A DNA stretch of 64,000 nucleotides, taken from the NCBI GenBank assembly GCA_003427395.1, contig BFEA01000012.1, forward strand, positions 3,829,559-3,893,558, read 5' to 3'. This document shows positions 36,224-49,899 of this stretch, one piece after another. The notes under the pieces were generated by a model. It was given only the letters and a program-made list of their open reading frames with translations. It was not told the origin of the DNA and ran no database searches. This DNA comes from Chara braunii. Taxonomy: Eukaryota; Plantae; Charophyceae. Numbering within the stretch: the stretch's first letter is position 1; each line of letters opens with the position of its first letter. The position numbers and the translations under genes are program-made.

Positions 36224-36319
36224 TACCGTCTTCACCCGAATAGAACGCCCGGATTTGGCACAACTTTCGGTCCAAATGCAGCGATAATGACTGGACGTTC
36301 TATTCGGGTGAAGACGGTA
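36224..36319. mobile_element. Short hairpin MITE (TA-flanked, Tc1/mariner-pogo-like)
   Basis: TA-CCGTCTTCACCCGAATAGAACG ... CGTTCTATTCGGGTGAAGACGG-TA. Confidence 0.75.
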
Positions 36320-39217
36320 GTATGCCATAGACTGTCACCACAACAGGCCCTTTTCCACCCAGACCAGATGAGAAGATCCAAAATTGAAACAACTTCATCT
36401 CCATAGCAAACAATGTAAACAGACAAAGATGAGCCGAGCCAACTTGAATCAGCTTTACCTCTATTATAGCAAAAAGCATGAAGCACAATAAAACCATTAC
36501 ATGGCATTTTCCTTGTACAGTCCTTTCACCGCTTTCTTTATTTTGGATTACTTGTACCTCTTTTGTTTCTTCTTGCAGGCTTGCCACGTTTATTGCGGTT
36601 CAACTTGAATGCAAGCTGCCCACATCCCCGTGTGCCATAATGGCCCACTTGCACGCTATAAAAGGAGGCAGAGTAAAGGGGAATAAGGTATGCTCCTGTT
36701 CATTTTTCCGAAGAGCTTCAGCTTATATTTTCTGTTCTCTTAAACCGCTAGTACACGGCCCCAGCCTTCCAGAAAGTCTTTTGTCGCCACAAGCAAAACT
36801 CGGAGGCACCGCGCGGCCAGGCCCGCCGTTGGGAACAAAAATTGGCGGCCTCCAAAGTGGTGCGCATTTCATGCTGACACCCGTGGGCCAATATGTGGTG
36901 TACTGGTGCTTTAATGATGCTCATTTCTATGCATTTAGCAGGAGGCAATGAAGGGGTAGGGGGTACACTAGAGGGTGGACGACTGAAGGGGTAGGGGGTG
37001 GAGTTCCACAGGAGGCAAGGGAGGGGGGAGGGGGGAGGGAGAAGGGGAAGAGGAGGGAAGGGTAGGGACAAGGAATAGAACAGAGGAAAGACAAGCTTCA
37101 CAGGGTTCTCAATACTCACCGCTGGAGCGGAGTACTTTAAAACGCCACAAGAGGTCAGTCAATGTTCGGATTGCAGGGAAATTTGAGTTGTGGATCGGCT
37201 GTTGCCTAGGGTAAGTGCCCACCCCTACGGACTGGACAGGACCGGTTCAGGTGTGGACTGTGGACGCACCACATCCAATTCTCGCGGTCACATCGAATGG
37301 CGTAGACAGATGTCACAGGTTGCGTGGCTCCTACATGCTAGGAACACACAGGCAAGTGGACCCCAATTGCATAGGAATTGTCGTTTCAGCCCCTGTATAC
37401 AAATAGGACATGCAATGTTACATGAGTACAATGTTGACTGTCATCGTACGTATGAAAACAAAAACTCGCATGGGCTATACCTTCATAATCCTCAGATTCC
37501 TCACGAAGTAAAGTATGTCTCAATCACATGCTAGCCAAATCTCAGGTGGGCCATCGCAGTCCAGCACTGAGCAAGTTTCTTGGGTTTCCGCAACCATTAT
37601 TCCCTCTCTATGGGCGGCCGATGGATGGCGTGCCTGATCTGAAGTAAGGGTGTTCAGCTGTTGCACGTCCTGGTCTGCAACAGCTCTCCTTGGCAGTGAT
37701 GACCTTTCGGCACAGCGCACTGTGGGTGGTTCATGTAAGAGTCCATTTTCCACCTCCGGCTGCTGCATGCACCTGTTGCTCGTCCAGCAAGGGTGAAGGA
37801 GATCCGATTACGGGTGCAGCAGGTGTATGCCCACCGTTGCATTTCGGACATACATGGAGAGAATGTTGCACGTGATGGCATCAGTGATAGTCCATGCGGT
37901 AGAGACACCTACTTCCCATGACAGCCTCCTGGAAACATTGACTACACATGGCATGTTGCTGGCATGCCAGCAGAAAAGAACTCTGACGTTTGCAGTTATT
38001 TAAGAACGGCACGCTAAGTATGTGTTAAATTGTGTTCTGAATCTTTTGAACAATCACCACAGCAAGTTGAGCAACACCTTTTTCCACACAGATGCATGGA
38101 TATCATAATCTGAACAGTTCTAACATGTAATGCTTCAAAATGATTATGATGCGAAAAACCGGCGTGGAGTAGTGGTAAATCCTCTGAACGGGTAGTGCTG
38201 CTGTCTCAGGATCTCTCGACCATAACCGGGTGAGGAGTACTGACTACATACGATGTACGGGACGCTGGAACTGGGTCACAGGAACATTGATACAAAATCC
38301 GTTTCTGAAAAAAAAAAAAAAAAAAAAAAAGCAGGAAAAACATAGAAAAAAACATCAAAAAAGGAACTGCCATCTCACTGCTGTATTCTGAACCGTGAAA
38401 TGCCTGCCGCATCTGCGTACTTGAGCACAGTATCCGTACGCACCCGATTGCCATTCAGCAGACTTGCACATGATATCTCGCCTGTTCTTCCAGTGATGCT
38501 CTCCCCCAAATGCATTTCGCAGTTCGGCACGGAGAATAGGAGGAGGGAAGGAAAAGGGAGCGACGGAAGAAGGAAGGGAGAAAGGGGTAGGGAAAGGACG
38601 GGCAGAAGGGGAACCCCGTTACACCCTGAATACACACCACAGATACAAACAGACTGCCAATTTGAAAGCGTGCTATGAAACACAACACAGTCGCCACACT
38701 CAAGGGATGGGTTGCAAAGAAAAACGAGTGGAGTAGCAGCTATCCCCACAGAAGGGGCAAGTTCAGTTCGAGTGCAGCCTATGGAAGCACTGCGTCCAAC
38801 CCTACTAGCAGTTGCGGTCAGTGCGTCAAATGCCGTGGCACAGACAGGTATTGCATGCTAGGACACAGAGGCAGCGGTGCGGTGATGTGCAGTTATATAG
38901 GCTCTGCAATTCCACCCCTCCTCTGCAGAAAGGAAATGCCATACGAGGGTGGCAAGGACCAAAAAGAAAACTCACAACGCTCACCACACAGAAAATTCTG
39001 GTCTATTACCGTCTTAACCAAACATCAGCTTGGTCAAAGCAGAGCTGAGCAGAAAAATTACCTGGATGTATTTCTGATATCGACATAGCCTATCTGTGGA
39101 CAGGTGACGACAGGGTGGAATCCAAACAAAAGATGGTCAGGCTATCGCAACAATCGAATATGCCACTGCTCACCCTGGAGGTGAGAATTGAAAAAAAAAA
39201 ACAAAAAAAAAAACAGA

Positions 39218-39272
39218 GGACCATTTCTCAATGTACGTGTCATCCCCTTGCGTAGGGGCCATGCTAATCCTC
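39218..39272 (-). pseudogene. U6: U6 snRNA 3'-half fragment followed by a T-run
   Basis: Minus strand GAGGATTAGCATGGCCCCTACGCAAGGGGATGACACGTACATTGAGAAATGGTCC matches plant U6; ACAGAGA box and 5' stem are absent. Confidence 0.85.
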
Positions 39273-39384
39273 CAAAAGACGGGAGGTGAAAATCTTTCCA
39301 TAGGCTGCCGTGCAGATCGTTCAAGTGGAAGTCTGTTTTCCACTTCAGGTTGCTGTGTCCATTCTTTAGCCAGCATCGCCGTTG

Positions 39385-39782
39385 GAGATAATTTGCAAAA
39401 TACCCCCATAAGCTGAGATATATGCCAAAATGCCCCTACAAGGTGTGCGTAGAGCGGAATGCCCCTCTGACAATTTTATTTTTTTTGTGAAAATACCCCT
39501 AGCGTCGGTTGGACTCCCATCTTTGCAATATACCCCTACCGGGTACCGTCCAACTTTGCAAAATGCCCCTGTACTTGCCAACTTTTCCTAGGGGCTATTG
39601 CAAAAGGCCAAGGCCCAAAAGGGGACGTCCAGATTGCAAAGTTGCACACCCGCCTGACAGAGCACAACACAAAGATTTTTTAGCCCAAGAGGGCATTCCG
39701 CTCTACCCACATCTTTCAAGGGCATTTTGGCATTTATATCAACTTATGGGGGTATTTTCAAATAATATTTTGCAATTATCCC
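39385..39782. mobile_element. Fold-back MITE, Mutator-like
   Basis: Long imperfect TIRs GAGATAATTTGCAAAATACCCCCATAAG..TGCCAAAATGCCC / GGGCATTTTGGCA..CTTATGGGGGTATTTT..TGCAATTATCCC. Confidence 0.7.
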
Positions 39783-42700
39783 ATAAAATAATTATAACCA
39801 CCCGTACCGCAAGTGATACAGTTGAGACTTTATGTTATAATATATTAATAATTTATTTATTTAAAGGAAGTCGGCTCCATGGTTTGCATTATTTAACTTG
39901 GAAAAAAGAAAAACCTGCACATTACATTTTGACGATTTTGTCTCATTTGGTCCTCGATATTCATTCACTAGCAGAGCAGACTGCTAGAGACTGGCATAAG
40001 AGGCCAGCCAAGCCTCCGGCTGCTGAGAAAAAAAATGAGCTGAAGAGCAGGCCTTGCCTACGGTCAGTGGCCACCCCTGGAACCCAGACAGGATGGGTTT
40101 GGGTGCGGACTGTGGAAGCACTGTATCCGATTCTTACACTTGCGATCAATGTGTCAAATCGACTCAAATGGTGTGCTGCAGACAGATGTCACAGGCAACA
40201 TGACGACCACATGCTCGGAACATAAGTGGGCGGCATGTCCGCAGCAATTGTAAAGACACTGTTGGTCCAGCACACCTGTCAGGGACACACTGTAGATGTC
40301 ACTCGAGGGTGTCGTACCTGAGTACAATCTTCACGACCATCACAGGGATGGGAAAAAAACTTGCATGTGCATAATGGTCACGATTCACAACAGTGACAAC
40401 ACAGAGAATGGCAATCACATGCTAGCCGAACATCAGGCAGTCATCACAGCGTTCGGCATCAAGCAGTTTTCTGGGGATTCCACAGCCGACATTGCCTGTC
40501 TGTCTGTGGACAGAACCATGGGCCCGGCTTCAAGGTACGGATGTGGACCTGTTAAAAATACGGTTTCCCACTGTGTCCTTGGGGTGATAACCTTTCAGCA
40601 CGGAGGTTCACATGAGGCCCTGTTTTCTGTTTCAGGCTCCTGTGTCTGTTCCACGCCGGCAAGGATAGACAAGTCCAGTGGGCAGATGATGGCACACTAA
40701 TGGTTAATAGGTGGTGTCATTTTCGGCGAATTGGGGATAATCAGTCCAACCAGTATTGAGTCTATTGACACAGACTCTGCACAACGACTTCCTGGAAATA
40801 TATTGCCAACCCATCGCATGTTGCTGCCATGCCAGCAGGAAAGCAGACTGGTGATCGCAGTCATTGAGGCATGGCATGTCACGCTGGACCCGATTTCCAG
40901 CAGGTGCTGCTCCCCACCAATAGATGGAGCCCTCTCCCTGTGGTGCTAGAGGTGACTGCTCGTATCAGCACCCCTAGCACCCAGACGGGTGTTTATGCAA
41001 AAAAAAAAATCAAAAAAAAAAAAGAACAAAAAAAGAGGAATGGCATGTCAAGGTCACAACAACAAATTGGGGCCACCAGAAGGCCAGCGGGGGGAGCGAA
41101 TGCAAAACAAAGATGTATCACAAGTCCTCGTGGCAGAGGCAGGCAGTGACGATCCCTTCATGGTAGTTCAGGCAGAGATTATGCCACACGCATGCTACCG
41201 AATTGGGCCTATACCTCTGCTCAACGGCACGGTGCAGCAATGGTCCTCTCAAGGGCCCTCCTCACCATCAGCGGCAGAAACCATCTGATCTGCACAGGCA
41301 TGTGCCACAGACTGGCCAGGTAGAGGAGAAGGGGAGGGTCCACCTAATTGTCCCAGGAAGCCATCGAACTTCGCCTCCTCGAGGTTGCAACCATGAATCT
41401 GCACAGCACGCAGTGATACTGCGGGGCAATATGACCCACTCAGTGCACCCTTCTTCTGTCATTATTCCACCACAGGGTCCATGAATTGTCCACAAACATA
41501 ATAGCATTATAGCACTGAAGCGACCCAAGCGATGGGAGGATATATGCATGGATACCCAGTTCCACGTCAGCCATATACTTCCCTGGTGCGGGCTGAAGTT
41601 GTGGTTGTCCCTGGGACACCATAGGCAGCGCTTCCATATTCACGACGGCCACCGTCCAGTCCTCCCTTATAGGTAGATAGTGTACGGTGCTTTGCTTCTA
41701 TCCAGCGGACAATGTCTGCAAAGTCAGAAACACTGTAGGCGATGCGATCGTAAGAGAGGATGCACACATCAATGGTGTAGTATGCACAGTGGCTTCACTG
41801 TAGCACAACGAGGTCATTTGACTTTGCAGACTGCACAGTCAAATGTATGCTCATTCCAGTCTCAGCAGTCTCTGCCGGGCAATTCCGGTCCTAGTATAAC
41901 TCCAACAGCTCTAGCGAGAGTTCTGGCGACAGACCAACGCCAAGTGCGAGTTGCATCAAATGATCGGAGGGCATCATCACCAATGGAAGGAGGGGAATAA
42001 ACAGGCAGAACTGAAGTGGAAGTGTCAAATGCAAGGTGCGGAGGGTGATGAGCCACACTTGCACCCAGGGTGGTTGCTAGTAACTTGCACACTGCACAAG
42101 TGGTGGCATCACGTGTGTGGTGCACACACAGGCCACAGCGCTGTAAACATCATCACCATATTGTGGACACCGGACTTAATGAGTTGTTCCTGGCTACTAG
42201 AGACCTTTCTATTGTCGTATTTTTTTGATAGTCTTTTGTAAATCTATCATATTTTGTTGACAAACATCTTGTCTTTTTACTTAATCCTGCCATTCCTCAA
42301 CATTGAGGGCATGGTGGCGCAGCAGATCTCCGACCCTCGCCACAGGTGCAATGATCATACTATCCATGTACAAATGAGGCCACTGTCTGGGAGGCGAGGC
42401 GATTGGAATTTCTGTGCTGAAGAGGCACCTGTCATGGCTGATCTAACCATAAATGCATCCATGTTGACAACGACTGCAAAGAAGAGGAGGAAGAGGAGAA
42501 GGAGGAGGAAGAGGAGGAAGAGGAGGAAGAGGAGGAAGAGGAGGAAGAGGAGGAAGAGGAGGAAGAGGAGGAAGAGGAGGAGGAGGAAGAAGAAGAAGGG
42601 GGGGCAATAGACGGGAGTGGTGTAGCAGAAGATGTAATTGAGGGAGACAATGATGATGACAGGGAATCAGCAGGAGGAGAATCACTGGCGAGAGGGGCGG

Positions 42701-44023
42701 CAAGTGATTAGCCCTCAGCTCAGCTTGACCACTTAGCTCTCTTTCTTGTAAGTTGCCTCCAGGTCTGGGCTGCAGTCATCATTCTCCAATTCGTGGCAGC
42801 AGCACACATCCTGCAGCCACAACAACGGTGGGGTGCTCGCGATGATCCCAAGCAGCCACTTTGACAACATTCATGTTGTCTGCTACCACATCTTGAGTTT
42901 ATCCTGGGAATGCAGCATCCACATTAGCAGTTACCAGCTCCCTCATAGTAACCGGGAAGGGTGAGTCCATAGTGATTGGATGTATGGAAGGCTGATGCTG
43001 CCTGTGCTGAGAACTCGCAGTCAGCAGTGGATAAACAAAAAGTGACCAGCGAACCATTCGACAAAACCAGTGTTCGTAAGTGCAGCGGCATGAGTGAGAA
43101 GCCGACGCTGCCAGGCATGCGCAGAGGCAGTCCAACCCCTTGCCACAACACTGGGGGGATGGGCCCTAGCAAGCATACAAACTACCAAGAGAGCCACTGT
43201 GGTTATGAAGTCGCCAGTCTTATTACAGATATGCTTGAACCACGTCAGCTGTCCTACGAGCACCTCTGTGCACGGTAGTGTGACGAGCACTGGGTTCGAG
43301 GAGGAGGAGGAGGAGGAGGAGGAGGAGGAGGAGGAGATGTGAGAGGGAGTGAGCACACACACACTCACAACCAGACCCCGACGCAGAACTCGCACTTGGT
43401 ACGATGATGGACGCTCAGAGAACAGTACCAGATAGCGAAAGATCAAGGATGTCCAGGTCTCAGCCTCATCAAATATGTCAATGCAAATCAAGCTGTCCAG
43501 CCGAACTGGGGTTCATAACCCCCCCAGATAGTAAAGATGATCCAGTCACAGTACCCCCTTCCCCCACGAGGACCCCAAACTCTCATGCAAATTTGTGCTG
43601 GCCTCCTAATTTGCGCAATCAGCTACGAGGCATAATCATGGGCATCAGGAATAACATTTAGCACATTATGGAGAATCCTGAGATGTGGTAGGTTAATATG
43701 CATTGTGCCATGATTGTGGTAAAATCTGATCTCTGTGTGTATGAATGAAATGAACGAAAATTTCAAAAATACAATACTTCCATAAAATCATTGGGCGTTA
43801 ACATCGCAGTACATGCTCCACGCTCAACAGCGTACACACCACCCTTCTGCCCAGGACTGTTCAGAAAGGGAAGCAACTCGCGCTCCTCTTGCTCGGCTTT
43901 AGCTCAACCTCGTCAATTGAGAAATTTCTGATCGGCCTTTTGGCTTGCCAGATCCCATGTGAAATCCCTTCTTTAGAGATTCAATTTTCTGCTACATGTT
44001 TTACCTATTGATTCGATTCGAGG

Positions 44024-44144
44024 CTACCATCTTCACCCGAATAGAAGGCCTGCGGCCCTGCGCCATTATCGCTGTTTCTGGACTGAAAGAGTTGCACCAA
44101 GTACAGCTATAATGACGGGGCGTTCTATCCAGGTGAAGACGGTA
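44024..44144. mobile_element. Short hairpin MITE, same family as 36224
   Basis: TACCATCTTCACCCGAATAGAA ... TTCTATCCAGGTGAAGACGGTA. Confidence 0.7.
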
Positions 44145-46605
44145 GTAGACTTCTGTGAAAAAAAACTTCTTGTCACTTAGTACATTACACTCATTTTATG
44201 CAATTACTGTGTTTTCATTCATCCATTCATTCATTCATGTGGTAGCCTATCTTGAAGCCTAAAATTACTGTGTTTTCATTCATTCATTCATTCATTCATT
44301 CATTCATGTGGTCATTATTTCAGGATTTTTTCAGGGTCATTATAACAAACGTCCCATACCTTTTACGCCAGACTTGTCACCAGTCTATAGAGTGGACACC
44401 AAATAAACCAACAGCAAAAAAAAAAATTAAAAAAAAATGATCAAAGGGGCCTTAAACCCCAAGGCAAAAGTGCGTTTGCATGCAAAATTCACTCTTTTCA
44501 GTTTTCAGGATTTTCAGAATTTTTCAGGGCTGGCCAAAACAGTGAACTCCAAGACCCCAACAAACACCAAACTTGGCACACACAGACCTTAACCAAAAAT
44601 AAAACAGGGCAAAAAAAAAAAACAAAAAAAAAGTGAAAAAAATGATCTCCAATGCACTTTTCAGGGTTGGGGGTGTTACCTTGGGGCTGAATAGTGGGGT
44701 CCCTGTTAACCTTTGGTGCTATCTTGAAGCCCTTCTTGAAACCCTTCTTGAAAACCACTGGCAGGTTAATAATAACTCAATATGTAAGACCTGATCTCTG
44801 TGTGTGTTGTCATGTTCACTATGCAACTCACAGATCTGTGTGTGTATTGTCATGTTCGCTATCCAACGCCACAGCAAACATGACTGCGCAAGACCGTTTC
44901 TTCTGACTTCCAGCAACTGAGATTGAGTAGAGGTGGGGCAGGAGGAAGGCGCCTTCGTTCGTCGTCTATAGTGGACTTTCACCTCCACTCCCTCGGTTGG
45001 CGCGGCATCAGGACGGCCATTGCTCGGGTGCCAGTTAGACATGAACTTCATCCAGGAGTGTGTCTATGGCAGATTGAGATGGGAAAGGCATGCTACCTTC
45101 TTCCCCCGAACAGAACACACATGCGTTGCATTCGAGTTTTTGAATTTGGGGAAAAAAAATTGAATAGAAATTGTCAAACGTATATTGTCGACTCTTTCTA
45201 CTTCATATATTGACACTTGATCTTTTTCGATTTTCACAGCAATTTGCTTCATATTTTGATAATTAGTGACGACAAAGAGCAAAGTGCCCTTGCATGCCAA
45301 TGTTGGTTGGTTGCTCGTCGTGTTACTAGAGAGTTTACTTTTTCTTTTTGCAGTCTGGGCAAACAATAAATAGTACATTCCGTCAAAGACAGCAAGGCAA
45401 TAAGATTTTTCCAGCTCCTGGATGAAGTGCTTTCCAAGCAAAAGGGGAAAAACATCAGCTTAACTTTTTTTTTTTTTTTTTTTTTTGAGAAATAGCCCTT
45501 ATGATATCCCTCTATCCTGGCGGTGGTAAGAGAACCGCCAGAATTGAGGGCTTATCTGTCGGGCTGCTCCATCTATTGGTGGGGAGCGGCACCTGCTGGA
45601 AACCGGGTCCAGCGTCCCAATGATACATCTTGTAACACAGATATTGTTGTTAGTTGTTTCCTAGGGCTGTGGCGATTGATGTTTTCTGCCCGGGGCTCCA
45701 TTGTCCCACGGAGCTACAATGCTGCTAATGTCACCCCTCCCTTCATGGAGCACCACCTTGTCTATTACCCTGCCCTATTACAGCAGCCCCCCTGTTTGAA
45801 TATTGCTATGTTTGTCCCTTTTGACCCTTTAAACCNNNNNNNNNNNNNNNNNNNNNNNNNNNNNNNNNNNNNNNNNNNNNNNNNNNNNNNNNNNNNNNNN
45901 NNNNNNNNNNNNNNNNNNNNNNNNNNNNNNNNNNNNNNNNNNNNNNNNNNNNNNNNNNNNNNNNNNNNNNNNNNNNNNNNNNNNNNNNNNNNNNNNNNNN
46001 NNNNNNNNNNNNNNNNNNNNNNNNNNNNNNNNNNNNNNNNNNNNNNNNNNNNNNNNNNNNNNNNNNNNNNNNNNNNNNNNNNNNNNNNNNNNNNNNNNNN
46101 NNNNNNNNNNNNNNNNNNNNNNNNNNNNNNNNNNNNNNNNNNNNNNNNNNNNNNNNNNNNNNNNNNNNNNNNNNNNNNNNNNNNNNNNNNNNNNNNNNNN
46201 NNNNNNNNNNNNNNNNNNNNNNNNNNNNNNNNNNNNNNNNNNNNNNNNNNNNNNNNNNNNNNNNNNNNNNNNNNNNNNNNNNNNNNNNNNNNNNNNNNNN
46301 NNNNNNNNNNNNNNNNNNNNNNNNNNNNNNNNNNNNNNNNNNNNNNNNNNNNNNNNNNNNNNNNNNNNNNNNNNNNNNNNNNNNNNNNNNNNNNNNNNNN
46401 NNNNNNNNNNNNNNNNNNNNNNNNNNNNNNNNNNNNNNNNNNNNNNNNNNNNNNNNNNNNNNNNNNNNNNNNNNNNNNNNNNNNNNNNNNNNNNNNNNNN
46501 NNNNNNNNNNNNNNNNNNNNNNNNNNNNNNNNNNNNNNNNNNNNNNNNNNNNNNNNNNNNNNNNNNNNNNNNNNNNNNNNNNNNNNNNNNNNNNNNNNNN
46601 NNNNN

Positions 46606-48473
46606 GGGTAGGGAGCAGCACAAAGTTAGGTTGGAGGTAGGGGACTTGGAAGTCAGCAAAGGGTTTCCTCTGCCAGGCAGTTTCCGTTTCCCTCCAAGGT
46701 TTCCACGCTATGTCAAGAGAACTGTCCAGTTCTGAGAACAGTTTGCCAGGGTCCTGCCAAATAAGCATATAAGCCTCTCTGATGGCTTCCCTGGCTGGAG
46801 GGTCTTTTTCCTCCAGCAGATCGCGCTTCATGGCCCTCCAGGCTTCGTGGGTATTAGTCCTGATGTGCTCATTGACAGCTTGTTGCGCCTGCTGCAGACC
46901 AAATTGGTGGTCTTTCCTTTCGAACGAGCATCTGGCTCTCCAGGCTAACATAAGAAGGTGCAGCCTGGTGTATGAAAAAAGATTGGTCGCAAACGGAGAT
47001 CAGGCAGTCAGCAGATGGCAGTTCTTCCCAAGCAGCAGAAGGCCAATATCCCAAGGTATGTGATATCCGGTGAGGGAGTGAAAGGCCGCATCCCACCATT
47101 GCCACAGTTGGGTTACCATCGGGCACGCCAGAAGACAGTGTTCGAGGGTCGCCCTGGCCAGTGTGTGAGCACAATACGCACAAATCGGGGATAGCTTACC
47201 TTGCTGCTCCAGGTCAGTCCTTGACACTATCCAGTCGGGGGTGGGGAGGCAGCGGTGGAGGATCTGCCACTGCAACGATCTATGATTNGTAGGCATGATC
47301 CTTGCATATTTGGACCAATCGAAAGCCCGTGACAATTTATGGTCCAGCGGCGAATCTCGCTCCCATCTGGCNGCAATCGTTTGAGNGATCGGCAGGANTT
47401 GTCNTGATGTCCGGTATCCTCCTTTGACTGTGAANTTCCATAGATGCATTGGTTTAGGGCCTGGCCACTCCCATTCCGCCAGATCAAAGGGTAACTTAGC
47501 CACAGGAGTGNAGGTCTCATATGCATAGTATCCATTTTCCTGATCTCCCACCACCCTCACCTGCATNAGTCCCCCCCATGCGCCTGTGGTGTCCAGGTTG
47601 TCGTTTCTCACCAGTTTTGTAAGCGTGGCCCCAGGCAATTGGGGCTCGTAGGCTTCCAGATCGCAGATCCCATGGTTGTTGTTCTTAACTTTGAATATGA
47701 CGAGGTGGGTCGGCGAATCCGAATATCTGACAACCCAGTCATCCTGACGGACCGTTGGTCCCTCCCTTAGAGTGAGATGNCAGGCAATGGGGAGGGCCTC
47801 TTTTAGTAGACAAGCCTTTTCTTCCACATTTTTGGCATACTTAAGTTTGCGCTGTAGCTGGGCCGGGGTCGCCCATTCCCGAGTCACTGGGTCCCACAGG
47901 TCACCAACCGTAAACACGCCTTTCTTCGCCCAGGTCAGCCAGGGGGAGTTAGTGGTCAGGGGGAATGGCTGGCCTGATTCTTGCAGGATGTAAGGGTTGC
48001 CAAAGAGGGGTTGCCTCCATATGTCATGCCACCTGTTCAGAGGGTGTTTTTGTTGGGGCCCCCTCCGTCTCCAAAGTTTAATCATATAAGGTCAAAGCGG
48101 GTCTGTCGTTATGTCGTGCTTTGTAGCATATGCCGGATCATCTAAGTGGGTGGGGTGATCTTGTTTGGGGGGAACCGGGACAGTCCAATAGCTATTCGTC
48201 AGCCATTGAAATGGGTGGACCTTTCCCTGGGCCTCATTTCGAGGAGCGAGGTTGGTTAATTGCAGGCAGGCCAACGGTCTCCAAGGAATGTCGTTCCCTA
48301 TGAGCAAGCGGACCAGGACTTTAAATATGAGCGCCTCGGTCTGTCTTTCCGGGTCCAGGATTCCCAGTCCCCCTTCAGATCTAGGTTGTGTGAGCACATC
48401 CCACTTCACCCTGTAGATGCAGCCTTGAGCTTTAGCACTATTTTTCCATAGGTACGTCGTGAGGGCTTTTTTG
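46606..48473 (-). mobile_element. 5'-truncated LINE copy (ORF2 C-terminus with zf-RVT CAYC..EHC), same family as the large LINE
   Basis: KKALTTYLWKN..VKWDVLTQPRSEGGLGI, LQWQILHRCLPTPDW, CAYC...TLEHCLLACP. Confidence 0.88.
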
Positions 48474-49721
48474 ACAGGATCTCTATTGCACAGATTGAGA
48501 TGCGGTAGGCTTGGGATCTAGTGCTCCTGTCTGCCACGCTACTTCCTTATCTATTCTGTCAGTTGTTGATCAGAAGCAAGAACGGCAAAAAGGTACCTCC
48601 CACTCAAAAAAAAAAAAAAAAAAAAAAAAAGGAAAAAAAAAAAAAATTGCAGAACGCATGTATGCGTTGTATTCGAACAGAACGCAGCCTACACGTTGTA
48701 TTCGAATAGAGCGCACCCTATGTGTTGTATTCGTTTACAACGCATATGCGTTATGTTCGGGGGAACAAGGTAGCAGTGTATTGTCCGTTGAACATCCATG
48801 CTGGACATCGATAAGCCGCCATAGCTCGATATGCAACCTTGAGGAGAGGAGTGAGAGTGAGGGCTAAAGGAGAGCTGGTTGAGTGCTGGCAGTAAGGGGG
48901 ATTACTCGGACATGGATTCTTATTCATTCATTTGTTCGTTCGTGATTGTTTTTAATTGTTTATAAGAGGAGGAGAGCATTACGTGAGGGAGACCATGATG
49001 GTGAGAGGTTAGTTCAATGATTTGATCTTTATCTATTTCTTCTCCTTCACTTCACGATTCTTTTCTTTTTTTTATTTTCCCCTCTTCTAATTACACTTCT
49101 TCTAGAGTTGTGAAATATTGTCTTATCTCAAAGTTGAGTATGGTATTGTCAATTGAGCAAGGGCGTAACCGTTGGCATTAGAGTTTGACCCTACTTGTTT
49201 GCAAAAGAGCCTATAGGTGACTAACCTTCCCGCCTTGATTCCGAGTTAATTAGGACAATTTAACTCAGGTTAGTGCAGATGAGTTGGAATTAGGATGGTA
49301 TGTAAGATGCTGCCCTAACCCTAATTCCGAGAAGTCATGTGACGTTGTGACGTCAGATTAAGGTCGAAGAGGAAGTTTTGGGTGGAGAGACAAAGGGACG
49401 TGGAGAGATTTGGAGTAAACAGAAAAGAGGAGAGGGGTGGAAGGTGCTCCCACATGAGGCCGTCAGAAAGAGCAATGTGCGACCAAGGAGGCTTCTTCTT
49501 CAATTTGCGCACATGGGCAGAAGGTGCCAAATCAAGCTGACTACGAGATATGGTGGGTACTTGAGCTTCTATCATGGACATAACGCTCACATGTAAAGGG
49601 ACCCACTAGTTATAATACGCAATGCAGTCAAGACAGTCCTTATTAGGGGGTTCGGAGGTAACGCAGATTGCAAGAGAGTGGTGAGTGATAACTACCTCAA
49701 GGATGAGTCAACTGTTTCAGG

Positions 49722-49899
49722 TTAAACCACCAGTACCTACCGGTTGTGCGGCCGAGGGGTCCTCCCCGCGACTTTCGGAAGCGCGCACGCAACGTCGGCC
49801 ACAGATGAAAAATCTGTGCGGCCGTGAAGCCCCGAAAGCCGCGGCACATTATCGTGAACGCCCCGCGGCCGCACACTGGTAGGGGTATTGGTGGTTTAA
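49722..49899. mobile_element. TTAA-flanked MITE (piggyBac-like)
   Basis: TTAA-ACCACCAGTACCTACCGGTTGTGCGGCCG ... CGGCCGCACACTGGTAGGGGTATTGGTGGT-TTAA. Confidence 0.7.

Noticed and set aside
43932-43950. TCGGCCTTTTGGCT resembling the U2 5' end
   Set aside because: Only a 14-nt match with no continuation.
45523-46951. Long ORFs spanning 45836-46605
   Set aside because: They exist only because of the N gap.
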